Source: a virus. Taken from it: a stretch of 64,000 nucleotides of DNA. Position numbers and translations under genes: made by a program. The notes under the pieces were generated by a model. The model made no database searches. It was not told the origin of the DNA and saw only the letters and a list, made by a program, of their open reading frames with translations. Location of the stretch: the IMG/VR virus record IMGVR_UViG_3300025849_000009. The stretch is one strand, 5' to 3'. Positions 37,145-46,600 of this stretch are shown here, piece after piece. Within the stretch, counting starts at the first letter, position 1, and each line of letters opens with the position of its first letter.

Positions 37145-39160
37145 CTATAATTTAATAAAAAGTTTATCTTCGTCTTTGTTTTTTGTAATTGCGTATTCTT
37201 TACCTTTTACCAAAGCTTGATCTAAGATTGCATCGGCAACTATATCTTCAACATATCTTTGAATAGCTCGCTTGATAGGTCTCGCACCATATGCTTGATC
37301 ATATCCTTCTTTTACTAAAAAGTCTTTTGCTGGTTTTAGAAATTTAAACGAGTATCCTTCTATTGACATTCTTTCTGTAAAATTACCAAGTTCAATTTGT
37401 ACAATTTTTAAAATGTCAGCAGATTGCAATTGATCGAATAAAATAATATCATCTAATCTATTTAAAAATTCAGGGCTAAATTTATTCTTTAACTCTTTCT
37501 TAATAATAGAATCCATTTTTTTGCTTTCTTCTGCAATAGTAGATTTACTTGAGAACCCAATACCTGATCCAAAATCTGATATCTTTCTTGCACCTACATT
37601 CGATGTCATTATAATAATGGTGTTTGTAAAATCTACAACTCTACCACTAGAATCTGTCAATCTACCTTCATCTAAAACTTGAAGCAATGTATTAAAAACA
37701 TCTGGATGGGCTTTTTCGATTTCATCGAATAAAACTACGGAATATGGTTTACGTCTTACTGCTTCTGTTAATTGACCACCATCTTCATGACCAACATATC
37801 CAGGAGGAGAACCTATTAAACGAGATACGTTAAACTTTTCTTGATATTCGCTCATGTCAATTCTAATCATTGCATCAATATCTCCGAACATATACTCGGC
37901 TAACGCTTTGACTGTTTCAGTTTTACCAACACCAGTTGGACCTAAAAACATAAAAGAACCACTTGGTTTTTTGTGACTTGCTACACCAGTTCTAGATCTT
38001 TTAATTACATTACATAATGCGTCTACTGCTTTGTCTTGGCCGATAATCATATTCTTAATTTCTGAAGACATTGCCTTAATCATCTTAAGGTCATCAGTTC
38101 CTAATTTATTAACAGGGATTCCTGTTTGTGTTGAAATAGTTTCAGCTATATCTGAAATATTAATTTGTCTTTTTGATTTCTTAAGAGACTCTTCCCAATT
38201 TTTAGTCTCGCTCAGTATTCTAGCTTCTATAGAAATTTGATCATCTCTAAGTCTTGCTGCAACTTCATAATCTTGTTTTTCAACTGCAGCTTTCTTTTCT
38301 GATTTTATTTCTTCAGCTTGCTTCTCAAGTGTTTTGATTCTTGAAGGAACTTTAACTTCTAATAAGTGTGTTCTTGCGCCTGCTTCATCTAATAAATCAA
38401 TAGCTTTATCAGGTAATTCACGTTGTTTAATATAACGATCACTCATTCTAACACATGCATCAATCGCTTCATCTGTATATTCTACGGAGTGATATTCTTC
38501 GTAGTTATGTTTGATGCGCATTAATATATTAATAGTATCATCTACTGATGGTGCATCTACAAATACTTCTTGGAATCTACGAGTAAGTGCTCCATCATCT
38601 TCAACATTTTCTCTATATTCATCTAACGTTGTTGCACCAATACATTGAACTTGCCCTCTAGCTAAAGCGGGTTTAAGAATGTTTGATGCATCTAACGCAC
38701 CGCTCACTCCACCTGCACCAACAATAGTGTGTAATTCATCAATGAATACAATAATGTTATTATTATTTTTGAGTTCTTCGACAATGTTCTTCATTCTCTC
38801 TTCAAACTCTCCACGATATTTAGTTCCAGCAACAATAGTTGTCATGTTAATAGAGATAAGTCTTTTGTTTATCAAAACTCTTGCAACTTTCTTATCAACA
38901 ATGCGTTGAGCAATAGCTTCAACAATTGCAGTTTTACCAACACCTGGGTCACCTAATATAATAGGATTATTTTTCTTTCTACGAGCTAATATTTGGCAAA
39001 TTCTATAAATCTCTTTATCTCTACCAATAATTGGGTCTAATTTACCCTCAGATGCCGCCAAAGTTAAATCTTCCCCAAATTCATCTAAGAATGGAGTAGT
39101 TTTTTTCTTTGAACTTCCTTTTCTATTTTTCTCGTTTTCGTATCCGTCTGCTAATGACAT
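37145..39160 (-). CDS. clpC: ClpC-type AAA+ unfoldase lacking the N-terminal domain
   Basis: Two Walker A motifs (GDPGVGKT, GPTGVGKT), UVR M-domain QDYEVAARLRD, IGF ClpP-docking loop. Confidence 0.93.
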   Translation of the reverse strand: MSLADGYENEKNRKGSSKKKTTPFLDEFGEDLTLAASEGKLDPIIGRDKEIYRICQILARRKKNNPIILGDPGVGKTAIVEAIAQRIVDKKVARVLINKRLISINMTTIVAGTKYRGEFEERMKNIVEELKNNNNIIVFIDELHTIVGAGGVSGALDASNILKPALARGQVQCIGATTLDEYRENVEDDGALTRRFQEVFVDAPSVDDTINILMRIKHNYEEYHSVEYTDEAIDACVRMSDRYIKQRELPDKAIDLLDEAGARTHLLEVKVPSRIKTLEKQAEEIKSEKKAAVEKQDYEVAARLRDDQISIEARILSETKNWEESLKKSKRQINISDIAETISTQTGIPVNKLGTDDLKMIKAMSSEIKNMIIGQDKAVDALCNVIKRSRTGVASHKKPSGSFMFLGPTGVGKTETVKALAEYMFGDIDAMIRIDMSEYQEKFNVSRLIGSPPGYVGHEDGGQLTEAVRRKPYSVVLFDEIEKAHPDVFNTLLQVLDEGRLTDSSGRVVDFTNTIIIMTSNVGARKISDFGSGIGFSSKSTIAEESKKMDSIIKKELKNKFSPEFLNRLDDIILFDQLQSADILKIVQIELGNFTERMSIEGYSFKFLKPAKDFLVKEGYDQAYGARPIKRAIQRYVEDIVADAILDQALVKGKEYAITKNKDEDKLFIKL

Positions 39161-39204
39161 ATGTTGTATATTTGTTTTACTATTCTTATATGTATTTATT
39201 GTAA

Positions 39205-39660
39205 TTAGTTTACGATATTATCTGCAGCATAAACTCCAGGTAAAAGATCGGGCTTACATCTGGCTTTGAATCCCATCGACTCAACATATCCAACCGCAGC
39301 TTTAACTAATTTATTTGATTTTTTCTGTGGGTCCGTATTATAATCTAAATCTATAGTAGAAACTTCTACACCATGTTCTCTTAAGTAAAGAGCTACTTCA
39401 CATGATTTTTCAGTTTCTTTCCATAACCTAGTCCACATGTCTTTTATAATTGGAACCTCTTCTTTTTTATATATCACATGGCAACCTGATGATGCAACAT
39501 GAAAAACTAGTGTAGTTGCATATACTGTTTTAATAGCCTTACTTTGACTATCACACCCTAAATATATTTCTATATCAAGTCCTTTATTGTTTTCGATAAA
39601 TTCTTTAACGTAAGGTGCAAGTTCAAATGTAGGTGGTCCCGTTAATTTTTTGAACTTCAT
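39205..39660 (-). CDS. YkuK/DUF458 RNase H-like protein
   Basis: YLGCDSQ, RLW.E, D.N....KSN, KP......AAD. Confidence 0.8.
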   Translation of the reverse strand: MKFKKLTGPPTFELAPYVKEFIENNKGLDIEIYLGCDSQSKAIKTVYATTLVFHVASSGCHVIYKKEEVPIIKDMWTRLWKETEKSCEVALYLREHGVEVSTIDLDYNTDPQKKSNKLVKAAVGYVESMGFKARCKPDLLPGVYAADNIVN

Positions 39661-39666
39661 AAAATG

Positions 39667-40233
39667 TTAGTCTCTGTGGTGATAACCTGCCCAACCAGTA
39701 GCGATATACTTGATTTCGTTGGGTGCTGGAAGCCCATGGTGAGGATGTGTCCAGCCTGCTGGCCAAATAATTGTAAGTCCTTTTTTAGGTTTTACTTTTA
39801 TTCCTTGTAATACAAATTCTGTTTCTCCACCTTCTTCAATGTCATTAAGATATGTTGTGAATGCTAGTTTTCTTTGAATCTTACCCTTTCTTGGGCCACC
39901 ACATTCAATATGTGTAGGATTATATGCTTCACCTGGCTCATATTTCTGTATATTAAATGGTGGAAAGAAACTCCAATCAGTTGTCATAATATTAGACCAT
40001 TCATATTCTTTTATATATGCCATAAATGCTTCCTTAACCAATCCCATATAATCTTCCAAAATATCTGGATCTAAATTATTATTTGATAACCTATGATAAC
40101 CTCTTAATTCGTCATAATTCGTGAGCTTAGGAAGATCATCAAAATTATCGATTATCTTATCGCAGATTTTTTCATCCATTTGATATGCCATAATAAAAGA
40201 TGGCGAAGTGTGTTTAATTGTTGGTAATATCAT
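39667..40233 (-). CDS. 2OG-Fe(II) oxygenase
   Basis: NIQKY.PG, HIE, YLND..EGGETEF, WPAGWTHPH.G, KYIATGW. Confidence 0.9.
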   Translation of the reverse strand: MILPTIKHTSPSFIMAYQMDEKICDKIIDNFDDLPKLTNYDELRGYHRLSNNNLDPDILEDYMGLVKEAFMAYIKEYEWSNIMTTDWSFFPPFNIQKYEPGEAYNPTHIECGGPRKGKIQRKLAFTTYLNDIEEGGETEFVLQGIKVKPKKGLTIIWPAGWTHPHHGLPAPNEIKYIATGWAGYHHRD

Positions 40234-40934
40234 TTATTTGATTTTAAAAAATTATTTGCTCGTTCTAGATCTGATGGTGTGTCAATACCAAATGATTTGT
40301 ATGTTGTATATCCTGCAACCATTTCGATTCCATTGTCCATCCATGTCAATTGCTCTAGTGATTTATTTATCGCGTTTTCTGTGGGGTATAATATTGCAAT
40401 TTTATCTAATACACTAGAAGAATATCCATAAATTCCTATATGCTTAAACCATGATTTTCCATTTACATTGTTTCTTGTAAACTCTATCACTGAACCTGAA
40501 TTGTGGTTTGACATAATCTTAACTGTGTTTTTATCGTTTGCTTCGTTTTCTATTAGATCTGATTTTAATGTGGCTACAGTATTTGTAGGATTTGATTTTA
40601 TCAAACTAATAACATGATCAATATCTTTAGGATTTATAAATGGCTCATCACCTTGTACGTTTACTACTATATCACTACCTAGTGTTTGATGAACTTCAAT
40701 AACTCTGTCAGTTCCAGTATCACAATTAGTAGTCATCATAACTTCAGCTCCAAATGATTTAGCGCAATCAAATATTCTTTGATCATCTGTTGCAATCCAC
40801 ACCTCATCGGCGTTTGATCTTGATACTTTTTCCCAAACATGTTGAATCATAGGTTTTTCACCTATCAATTCTAATGGTTTTCCTGGAAATCTAGTCGAGT
40901 TCCATCTTGCTGGGATTATTACGAGTGATTTCAT
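40230..40934 (-). CDS. kdsB: CMP-Kdo synthetase (3-deoxy-manno-octulosonate cytidylyltransferase)
   Basis: IIPAR..STRFPGKPL, GTDR, VNVQGDEP, HIGIY, LEQL, IDTP.DL. Confidence 0.93.
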   Translation of the reverse strand: MKSLVIIPARWNSTRFPGKPLELIGEKPMIQHVWEKVSRSNADEVWIATDDQRIFDCAKSFGAEVMMTTNCDTGTDRVIEVHQTLGSDIVVNVQGDEPFINPKDIDHVISLIKSNPTNTVATLKSDLIENEANDKNTVKIMSNHNSGSVIEFTRNNVNGKSWFKHIGIYGYSSSVLDKIAILYPTENAINKSLEQLTWMDNGIEMVAGYTTYKSFGIDTPSDLERANNFLKSNK

Positions 40935-40944
40935 TTATATTCTT

Positions 40945-41238
40945 TTATAACCATATTGTATTTCTTAAAATATAAAGTCCATATCCAAAAACTAAATTAG
41001 AGTGAATGATGACCACGTTCCATTGTTTTGCAATCCATACTTGTGGAATTGATAATATTCCACCTAAAATATATGTGTATGCTCCAATATCGTCATACTT
41101 TAATAAATATGGAGAAACTATAATAAGCGTGGTGCCGGCGTATGCTAATCTATTAGCAAGTCTTTCTAGTGGAGATAGTTTTTTATCTACCGTAAATATT
41201 TTTAATAATTTATTTAATTTAGGATATTGTTGTTTCAT
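40945..41238 (-). CDS. Small membrane protein
   Basis: 97 aa, three hydrophobic segments. Confidence 0.7.
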   Translation of the reverse strand: MKQQYPKLNKLLKIFTVDKKLSPLERLANRLAYAGTTLIIVSPYLLKYDDIGAYTYILGGILSIPQVWIAKQWNVVIIHSNLVFGYGLYILRNTIWL

Positions 41239-41837
41239 TGCTCTTTGCTTTTCTGACCTAAGTATCCACTGTGATGTCTTTTAGAATATTCTTTTTTGGT
41301 GAAGCCAATTTTTTTCATAAGCTCAACCACGATCATATCGCCGATTACAGTCATTAGTGTTGTTGAAATTGTAGGCGTTAATCCAAGTGGGCAAATTTCT
41401 TCAGAATCCCCAGTGTGTAATACAACATCTGAATTTTCTGCAAGTGGACTATTTGTTTTCCCCGTGATAGAAATAACTTTAACATCAGGGTGTAAAATTC
41501 TAGATAACATTATTAATTCTAATATTTCTCTAGTTTTTCCAGAGTTTGACAATAATATTAAGACATCATCTTTACATAAAACACCTAAATCACCATGTTG
41601 TGCTTCACTTGGGTGTAAATAGACAGATGGAGTTCCAGTAGAACTAAGTGTTGTCGAGATATTCAATGCGATCTGACCAGCTTTACCCATCCCTGATAAT
41701 ACTACTTTCCCATTTTTTTCAGATGAATGGACATGATTCTTAATTATATCCACTGCATCCTCAAACGAGTCATTTACTGGAATATTTTGTATTGCTTCAA
41801 CCTCTAACTTAAGAAGTTCTTTTATACTATTTTTCAT
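41235..41837 (-). CDS. kdsD: Arabinose-5-phosphate isomerase (KpsF/GutQ SIS domain, no CBS)
   Basis: GMGK.G, STGTP..LHP.EA.HGDLG, SNSG.T.E, E.CPLGL.PT.ST, H.GYLG. Confidence 0.9.
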   Translation of the reverse strand: MKNSIKELLKLEVEAIQNIPVNDSFEDAVDIIKNHVHSSEKNGKVVLSGMGKAGQIALNISTTLSSTGTPSVYLHPSEAQHGDLGVLCKDDVLILLSNSGKTREILELIMLSRILHPDVKVISITGKTNSPLAENSDVVLHTGDSEEICPLGLTPTISTTLMTVIGDMIVVELMKKIGFTKKEYSKRHHSGYLGQKSKEQ

Positions 41838-42214
41838 GGGCGATTTGATTTTAAGTATTTAATTAAGTAACTTGCTGTTTTGTAATTTGTTGCCAATGGT
41901 ATATTATGTACGTCACATAATCTCATTAACATAGAAATATCAACGTCGTGTGGGTGTTTGTCTAACGGATCTCTCATAAAAATAACTAGGTCTATTTTGC
42001 CTTCAACTGCCATCGCGGCAATTTGCGCATCACCACCTAATGGTCCACTCTGTACAGTTTCTAAATTCTTAATACCAGCATGTTTACAGTGTTTGCCAGT
42101 AGTTCCTGTTGTGATAATCGTTACATCTTCTCTATTAAAAAATGGTAGACGTTTTGAAACGAAAGCTACCATATCTGCTTTTTTATTGTCGTGTGCTATT
42201 AATGCTATATTCAT
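41834..42214 (-). CDS. mgsA: Methylglyoxal synthase
   Basis: IALIAHD.KK, TGTTG, SGPLGGDAQI, HPHDVDI..L.RLCDV..PLATN. Confidence 0.96.
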   Translation of the reverse strand: MNIALIAHDNKKADMVAFVSKRLPFFNREDVTIITTGTTGKHCKHAGIKNLETVQSGPLGGDAQIAAMAVEGKIDLVIFMRDPLDKHPHDVDISMLMRLCDVHNIPLATNYKTASYLIKYLKSNRP

Positions 42215-42407
42215 AATTATTTATTTCCTCCATTGGGTTTGTATCCGCTTAACAATAAGTCCCAATATTTAATTAATACTTGTTTTACTTTTTTCATATT
42301 TAAATTACATCAATGGACCTGCACTACCTGTTTTTATTGCAGCTTTCATTCGCTGTTCTTCTAACCATAATAAATGATTCCATATTTTTTTAATTGTTTT
42401 CATATAT

Positions 42408-43427
42408 TTAATTTGATAAAGGTGCTTTAATGCTTGGATGATATTTATAATTTATAACTTCATAATCAAATTCTCCGTCTAATATATTTACATTCTTAAA
42501 TGAAACTATAGGCAAGTTATAAATCTCTCTAGAGATCTGTTCCGTTGCTTGATCCACGTGGTTAGAATATAAATGTACATCACCTAAGTTTCCAATCAAT
42601 TGATCTGGAATCATATCGACTTCTTCTGCGATCAAACAAAGTAATGCCGCATAACTCGCGATATTAAATGGAAGACCTAAGAATGTATCTACTGATCTTT
42701 GATTCCACATTAGTGAGATTGATCTTTTAGGTGTTATGGTATAATAATCATCTTCGAAATTAGGAATTTGATTAGGATTATGTTCCAGTCCAGTTTCATA
42801 ATTATTTCTAAACCATATATCATATCTTTCCTTGTATGATAATTCACGGGTGTAACACTGAAATCCATAATGACAAGGCGGTAAAGTCATATTTGGTAAA
42901 TCTCCAACATTCCATGCACTAACCATAAGTCTACGAGAATCAGGATTTGTTTTTAGTTCTTCGATGAGGTTTGCGATTTGATCTACAAAAACAGGCTCTA
43001 CTTTTTTATCATAACCAAACCAACCTCTCCATTGTTTACCATAGATAGGACCTAATTCTCCCCATCTTTCTGCAAACTCATCATCTGTTTTGATTCGCTG
43101 AATAAACTCTTCCATCGTTTCTTGGTGATCGTGTGGTACTGAATGTTTTAAGAAGTTTTTATATGCATCACCATTCCAGATGTTACAACCATTATCAACC
43201 AAATATTTTATATTAGTATCTCCTTTTAAGAACCACTTCAATTCAGTCATCATCGTCTCAACTGCCATTCTCTTGGTAGTCAATAAAGGAAATCCATCCT
43301 TCATACTGTGTCTAATCTGTCTTCCAAAAATAGAATAGGTTCCAGTTCCTGTACGATCTGATTTTTTTATTGAATTATGTAAGAGCGAACCCAATAGTCC
43401 ACGATATTGTTCTTCTATATTACTCAT
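42408..43427 (-). CDS. thyA: Thymidylate synthase
   Basis: DRTGTGT, FPLLTTK, LGPIYG.QWR, SRR, LPPCH, QRSVDTFLGLPFN. Confidence 0.97.
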   Translation of the reverse strand: MSNIEEQYRGLLGSLLHNSIKKSDRTGTGTYSIFGRQIRHSMKDGFPLLTTKRMAVETMMTELKWFLKGDTNIKYLVDNGCNIWNGDAYKNFLKHSVPHDHQETMEEFIQRIKTDDEFAERWGELGPIYGKQWRGWFGYDKKVEPVFVDQIANLIEELKTNPDSRRLMVSAWNVGDLPNMTLPPCHYGFQCYTRELSYKERYDIWFRNNYETGLEHNPNQIPNFEDDYYTITPKRSISLMWNQRSVDTFLGLPFNIASYAALLCLIAEEVDMIPDQLIGNLGDVHLYSNHVDQATEQISREIYNLPIVSFKNVNILDGEFDYEVINYKYHPSIKAPLSN

Positions 43428-43653
43428 TGGTTTCTATACTAATCAATACCTTTTTTAGTATTGCACAGTGATCATATAATTCCTCTTTTTCAAATGCGAT
43501 GAGGGCTGATCTAATATCGCTTGGTGTTCCCAATCTTGCCCAGTCTTCGAATTCCTCGGGAGTAGACAAATACTCAATTAATTTTCTAGGATTAACTAGT
43601 TCACTATATCTCTGTTCTAACGCACGCATGTGCTCTTCATTAAACTTGTCCAT
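43420..43653 (-). CDS. Small protein with C-terminal UVR-like motif
   Basis: AFEKEELYDHCAILKKVL. Confidence 0.7.
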   Translation of the reverse strand: MDKFNEEHMRALEQRYSELVNPRKLIEYLSTPEEFEDWARLGTPSDIRSALIAFEKEELYDHCAILKKVLISIETNE

Positions 43654-43678
43654 TTGTATCTTATTTGAACGTTAATAA

Positions 43679-43879
43679 TTATTCTTGATTTCTGAGGCCT
43701 CCGATATTAGACACGCTTTGTGAGGTGCAACGCCAACATAAAACTTTATCAGTTTTTGGATCAACGCTAACTACTTCATCACAACCGCCTAAAGGGGCAA
43801 ACTCGCCCCATTTTGATGTTTCTGGGTCATGATTCATGCACTTTAATAATTTATTGCCAGGTCTGTCTTGTTTATTCAT
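43679..43879 (-). CDS. Small Cys-containing (Zn-ribbon-like) protein
   Basis: C.....C...CWRC pattern. Confidence 0.65.
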   Translation of the reverse strand: MNKQDRPGNKLLKCMNHDPETSKWGEFAPLGGCDEVVSVDPKTDKVLCWRCTSQSVSNIGGLRNQE

Positions 43880-43944
43880 TTCTTAATCGTCTTTTATAAT
43901 CCTTATATAATCCACTCGTTGATTTGTTTCATCGCTCATAGTAA

Positions 43945-45275
43945 TTAAAGGTCCCTGGGAAAATTCTATTTTGGGAAAATTTCAGCGACTAAAGGAAAAC
44001 CCCCACACTCTATATACTCTTAATACCGCTAAGGTCCCAACCGCAGACCCGGTCTGGACCCGGGCTCATCTCCCCCGGGGGCGCGCGATTCTATTATAGA
44101 CTGCAGATACCAGAGTTCGCGCGTGAGATAGTGTTCCACACTAAGTCTCTGGACTCTGATCACTCTGTCGACTCTGAGTTACTCTAAGACTCAAATTAAT
44201 ACCATTCACGTGATCCGTGGCCAGACTTGGCCCTCTGAGTAATTAGATTTAATTTGTTAGTGTCGACTCTGAGGGCTCTAAACGTCTACATGCGCGTGCG
44301 AGTGATAGTGTGCGCGAAACGGGCCCTTTGAGCTCTGTCCCCGGGGGACCCAATTATTTGGGAACCGACGACATTAAAAATGGTCGCGATTCTTTGGGGC
44401 CTCTCTCCACATCTGAATACTTTTTGGTTATGTGTGTATCTGATTGATAATGAGTGGGTTACTCTGAGTGGTCAAAGGCCTAAACTGAAGTGTCCCCGGG
44501 CTGAGATAGTGTGTTCACAAAAGCGACACAAAAATTAAGCTATAGCTAATATACTTACTTAAGGTATACCTATATAATTCGGCGCTTCATCCGGGCGTGC
44601 GTACCCTAAATCGTTTTAACTTCTGGTGGAACATTAAGCTCTGGGGTACTCTGAGCACTCTGAGCTCGGACTCATTGAAGCCATGGATTGGTGGAGGCTC
44701 CAGTGTCATATTGGTCTCTGTGAGTCATTTTGGTTCCCATGTCCCTCTGGTCCCTGTATAGGTTTATTAGTATTTGGTTGCCTGTGCTTCTCTGCGCGCG
44801 CCTGTAAGCTCTGCGGCTTCTGTGGATTGGCTCATCTGTGTACTCTGTTTGGTGTCTATGGTGTAATATGATGAATATGTGTTGGTTGCGTACTCAGCTC
44901 ATTGGTACGTTGGTGCTCTTGGTGTGCGCCGGCGAGTCCATGTTATTGGTACTTATGCAGAGCTCGCTGGTAGTGATCCGCCGGAAGTAGCTCCCTGTAA
45001 GCTCCTGGGAAGCTATTTTAGCTCCTGGAGCTCGCCTGCAAGCTTCTGGGGGCTTACTCTGGAGAAGCTTCTGGGGGAGCTTACTGGGGGACTTCTCTGG
45101 GAAGCTTCCTGGGAACGCTCTGGGACTATTATATGCTCTGGGGTGACTTGGTGCTCTGGAGTATTCTGGGGACCCTATCTTACTTCTGACTTAAAGACAT
45201 GTTTTATATGCTTCTGGTCCCCTTTTGTTTCAAGTCTCTGGTATAAGTTTAGTAAGTGAGGGGCCTTTGCGCGAA
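43945..45275. other. GC-rich, palindrome- and repeat-rich non-coding region at a divergent strand switch
   Basis: About 50% GC by eye versus about 30% elsewhere; many CTCTGAG and CT(T/C)CTGGG repeats; CCCCCGGGGG and other palindromes. Confidence 0.7.
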
Positions 45276-45302
45276 AATAAATTGAAAATAAACGCTCAAA
45301 TA

Positions 45303-45361
45303 TTTTTTTATGTCGATTATTTGTGGTATATTAGTAGTATACTAATCGAGGTTAATACCTC
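45303..45361 (+). promoter_or_regulatory. Class I promoter plus 5' leader hairpin
   Basis: TATTTGTGGTATATTAGTAGTATA then GAGGT-TAAT-ACCTC. Confidence 0.8.
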
Positions 45362-45377
45362 ACTAAAACAATTTTAA

Positions 45378-45782
45378 ATGAGTAAAATTAAATCTTTCAA
45401 CCGCCCAGCCCTTAAGGCTCTTCGTGTATCTCTTGACTCTGCCTTGGCAAAAGTAGCTGCTGAGCATGGTATCTCTTTATCTGCAGGTAACATTTCGTTT
45501 ACCTCTGAGACTGCTACTATTAAACTTAATGCAGGTGTCATCGGTTCTGGTGGTATAGCTGTTACTAAAGAAGCTCAAGCTTTTGATCGGTATAAGAGTC
45601 TGGTAGGTCTTGGTGCGCTTAATGTAGGTGATACTATTGATCTTCAGGGTGATGAGTATACTATTAGTGGTTATAAGCCGCGATCTAAGCGATCTCCTGT
45701 GCTAGTGACTAAGGTGTCTAATGGCTCTTCTTATAAAGTGTCAGTGGATATGGTTAAGCGTTTTAACGCGCTGACTGCCTAA
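45378..45782 (+). CDS. Hypothetical early phage protein
   Basis: 134 aa; Y.I.GY.PR..R.PV motif. Confidence 0.85.
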   Translation: MSKIKSFNRPALKALRVSLDSALAKVAAEHGISLSAGNISFTSETATIKLNAGVIGSGGIAVTKEAQAFDRYKSLVGLGALNVGDTIDLQGDEYTISGYKPRSKRSPVLVTKVSNGSSYKVSVDMVKRFNALTA

Positions 45783-45797
45783 TTGACAAAGTGTCAT

Positions 45798-45844
45798 TGT
45801 TCGCAAACCTGTTCGCAACGTAGTGTTAATAACTTTGTTCGCAA
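45798..45844 (+). repeat. Four direct 9-mers TGTT(CG/AA)(C/T)AA
   Basis: Copies at 45798, 45810, 45824, 45836. Confidence 0.7.
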
Positions 45845-45877
45845 CTAACTCGTAAGTATGGCAGCCCAGATTTTGGG

Positions 45878-45909
45878 TTGTCATTCTTTTCGTGTATATT
45901 AGTAGTATA
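45878..45909 (+). promoter_or_regulatory. Class I promoter variant
   Basis: TTGTCA...GTATATTAGTAGTATA preceded by CAGCCCAGATTTTGGGTTG; no ORF downstream. Confidence 0.7.
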
Positions 45910-46043
45910 AGTTGAAGGCAGAGACCTTCCTTAGGGGCGTAGCTTTTTTTTCGGAGCTGGAAGAGTAGACTCCGCCCTGTGTGTTACCCACCCCGCGTTT
46001 AGTGTATTGTTCGTAACTTTTTTTAAAATAAACGCTGAAAAGC

Positions 46044-46101
46044 TTTTTATTGTCGTTTATTTGTGGTATATTAGTAGTATACTAATCGAGGTTATTACCT
46101 C
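46044..46101 (+). promoter_or_regulatory. Class I promoter plus 5' leader hairpin
   Basis: Same motif then GAGGT-TATT-ACCTC. Confidence 0.8.
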
Positions 46102-46117
46102 ACTAATTAAAAGAAAC

Positions 46118-46576
46118 ATGATTAAAGAATTTAAAAACAAATCGATCCAGATGACCTACGGTCTTCAATCTGAACTTATGACCACTGATATACTTTCTGA
46201 GTATGAATCAGGTGAATTTAGAATGGTTGTTAAAACCAAATTAGGTATGACTGTCTGTGATGCCAGAGACTTTGATAATCCAAGAATAATGGCCAATCCA
46301 GAATGTGCCATTAGTGGTTATAAGAGAGGTGCCCTACAGACTGTTCAGTTTAAACCTGAAGGTTCAAACTTTTGGTTGACTATCTTCTCAAGAACTGGTA
46401 AGAAAGTTAAGCTGATCGATGAATCTATCTTGGCTAACTTAACTGTTGGTACTATTAACGGTATGTTTGATAATACTAACCTTATGGATATGTCTCAATA
46501 TAAATTGGTTGGTGCATCCTCTTGGGCTTCTAAAGCCTTTACTCAAAATTCACCTAAGGAAGCAATTGCTGCCTAA
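46118..46576 (+). CDS. Hypothetical early phage protein
   Basis: Start MIKEFK at 46118, downstream of the promoter. Confidence 0.8.
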   Translation: MIKEFKNKSIQMTYGLQSELMTTDILSEYESGEFRMVVKTKLGMTVCDARDFDNPRIMANPECAISGYKRGALQTVQFKPEGSNFWLTIFSRTGKKVKLIDESILANLTVGTINGMFDNTNLMDMSQYKLVGASSWASKAFTQNSPKEAIAA

Positions 46577-46600
46577 TTATTAATCTTAAAAAATAAAATT

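Noticed and set aside
44683-45259. ORFs 44683-44871 and 44879-45259
   Set aside because: Atypical Trp/Cys/Gly composition arising from CTGGG repeats, no A-rich leader or promoter motif; likely spurious.
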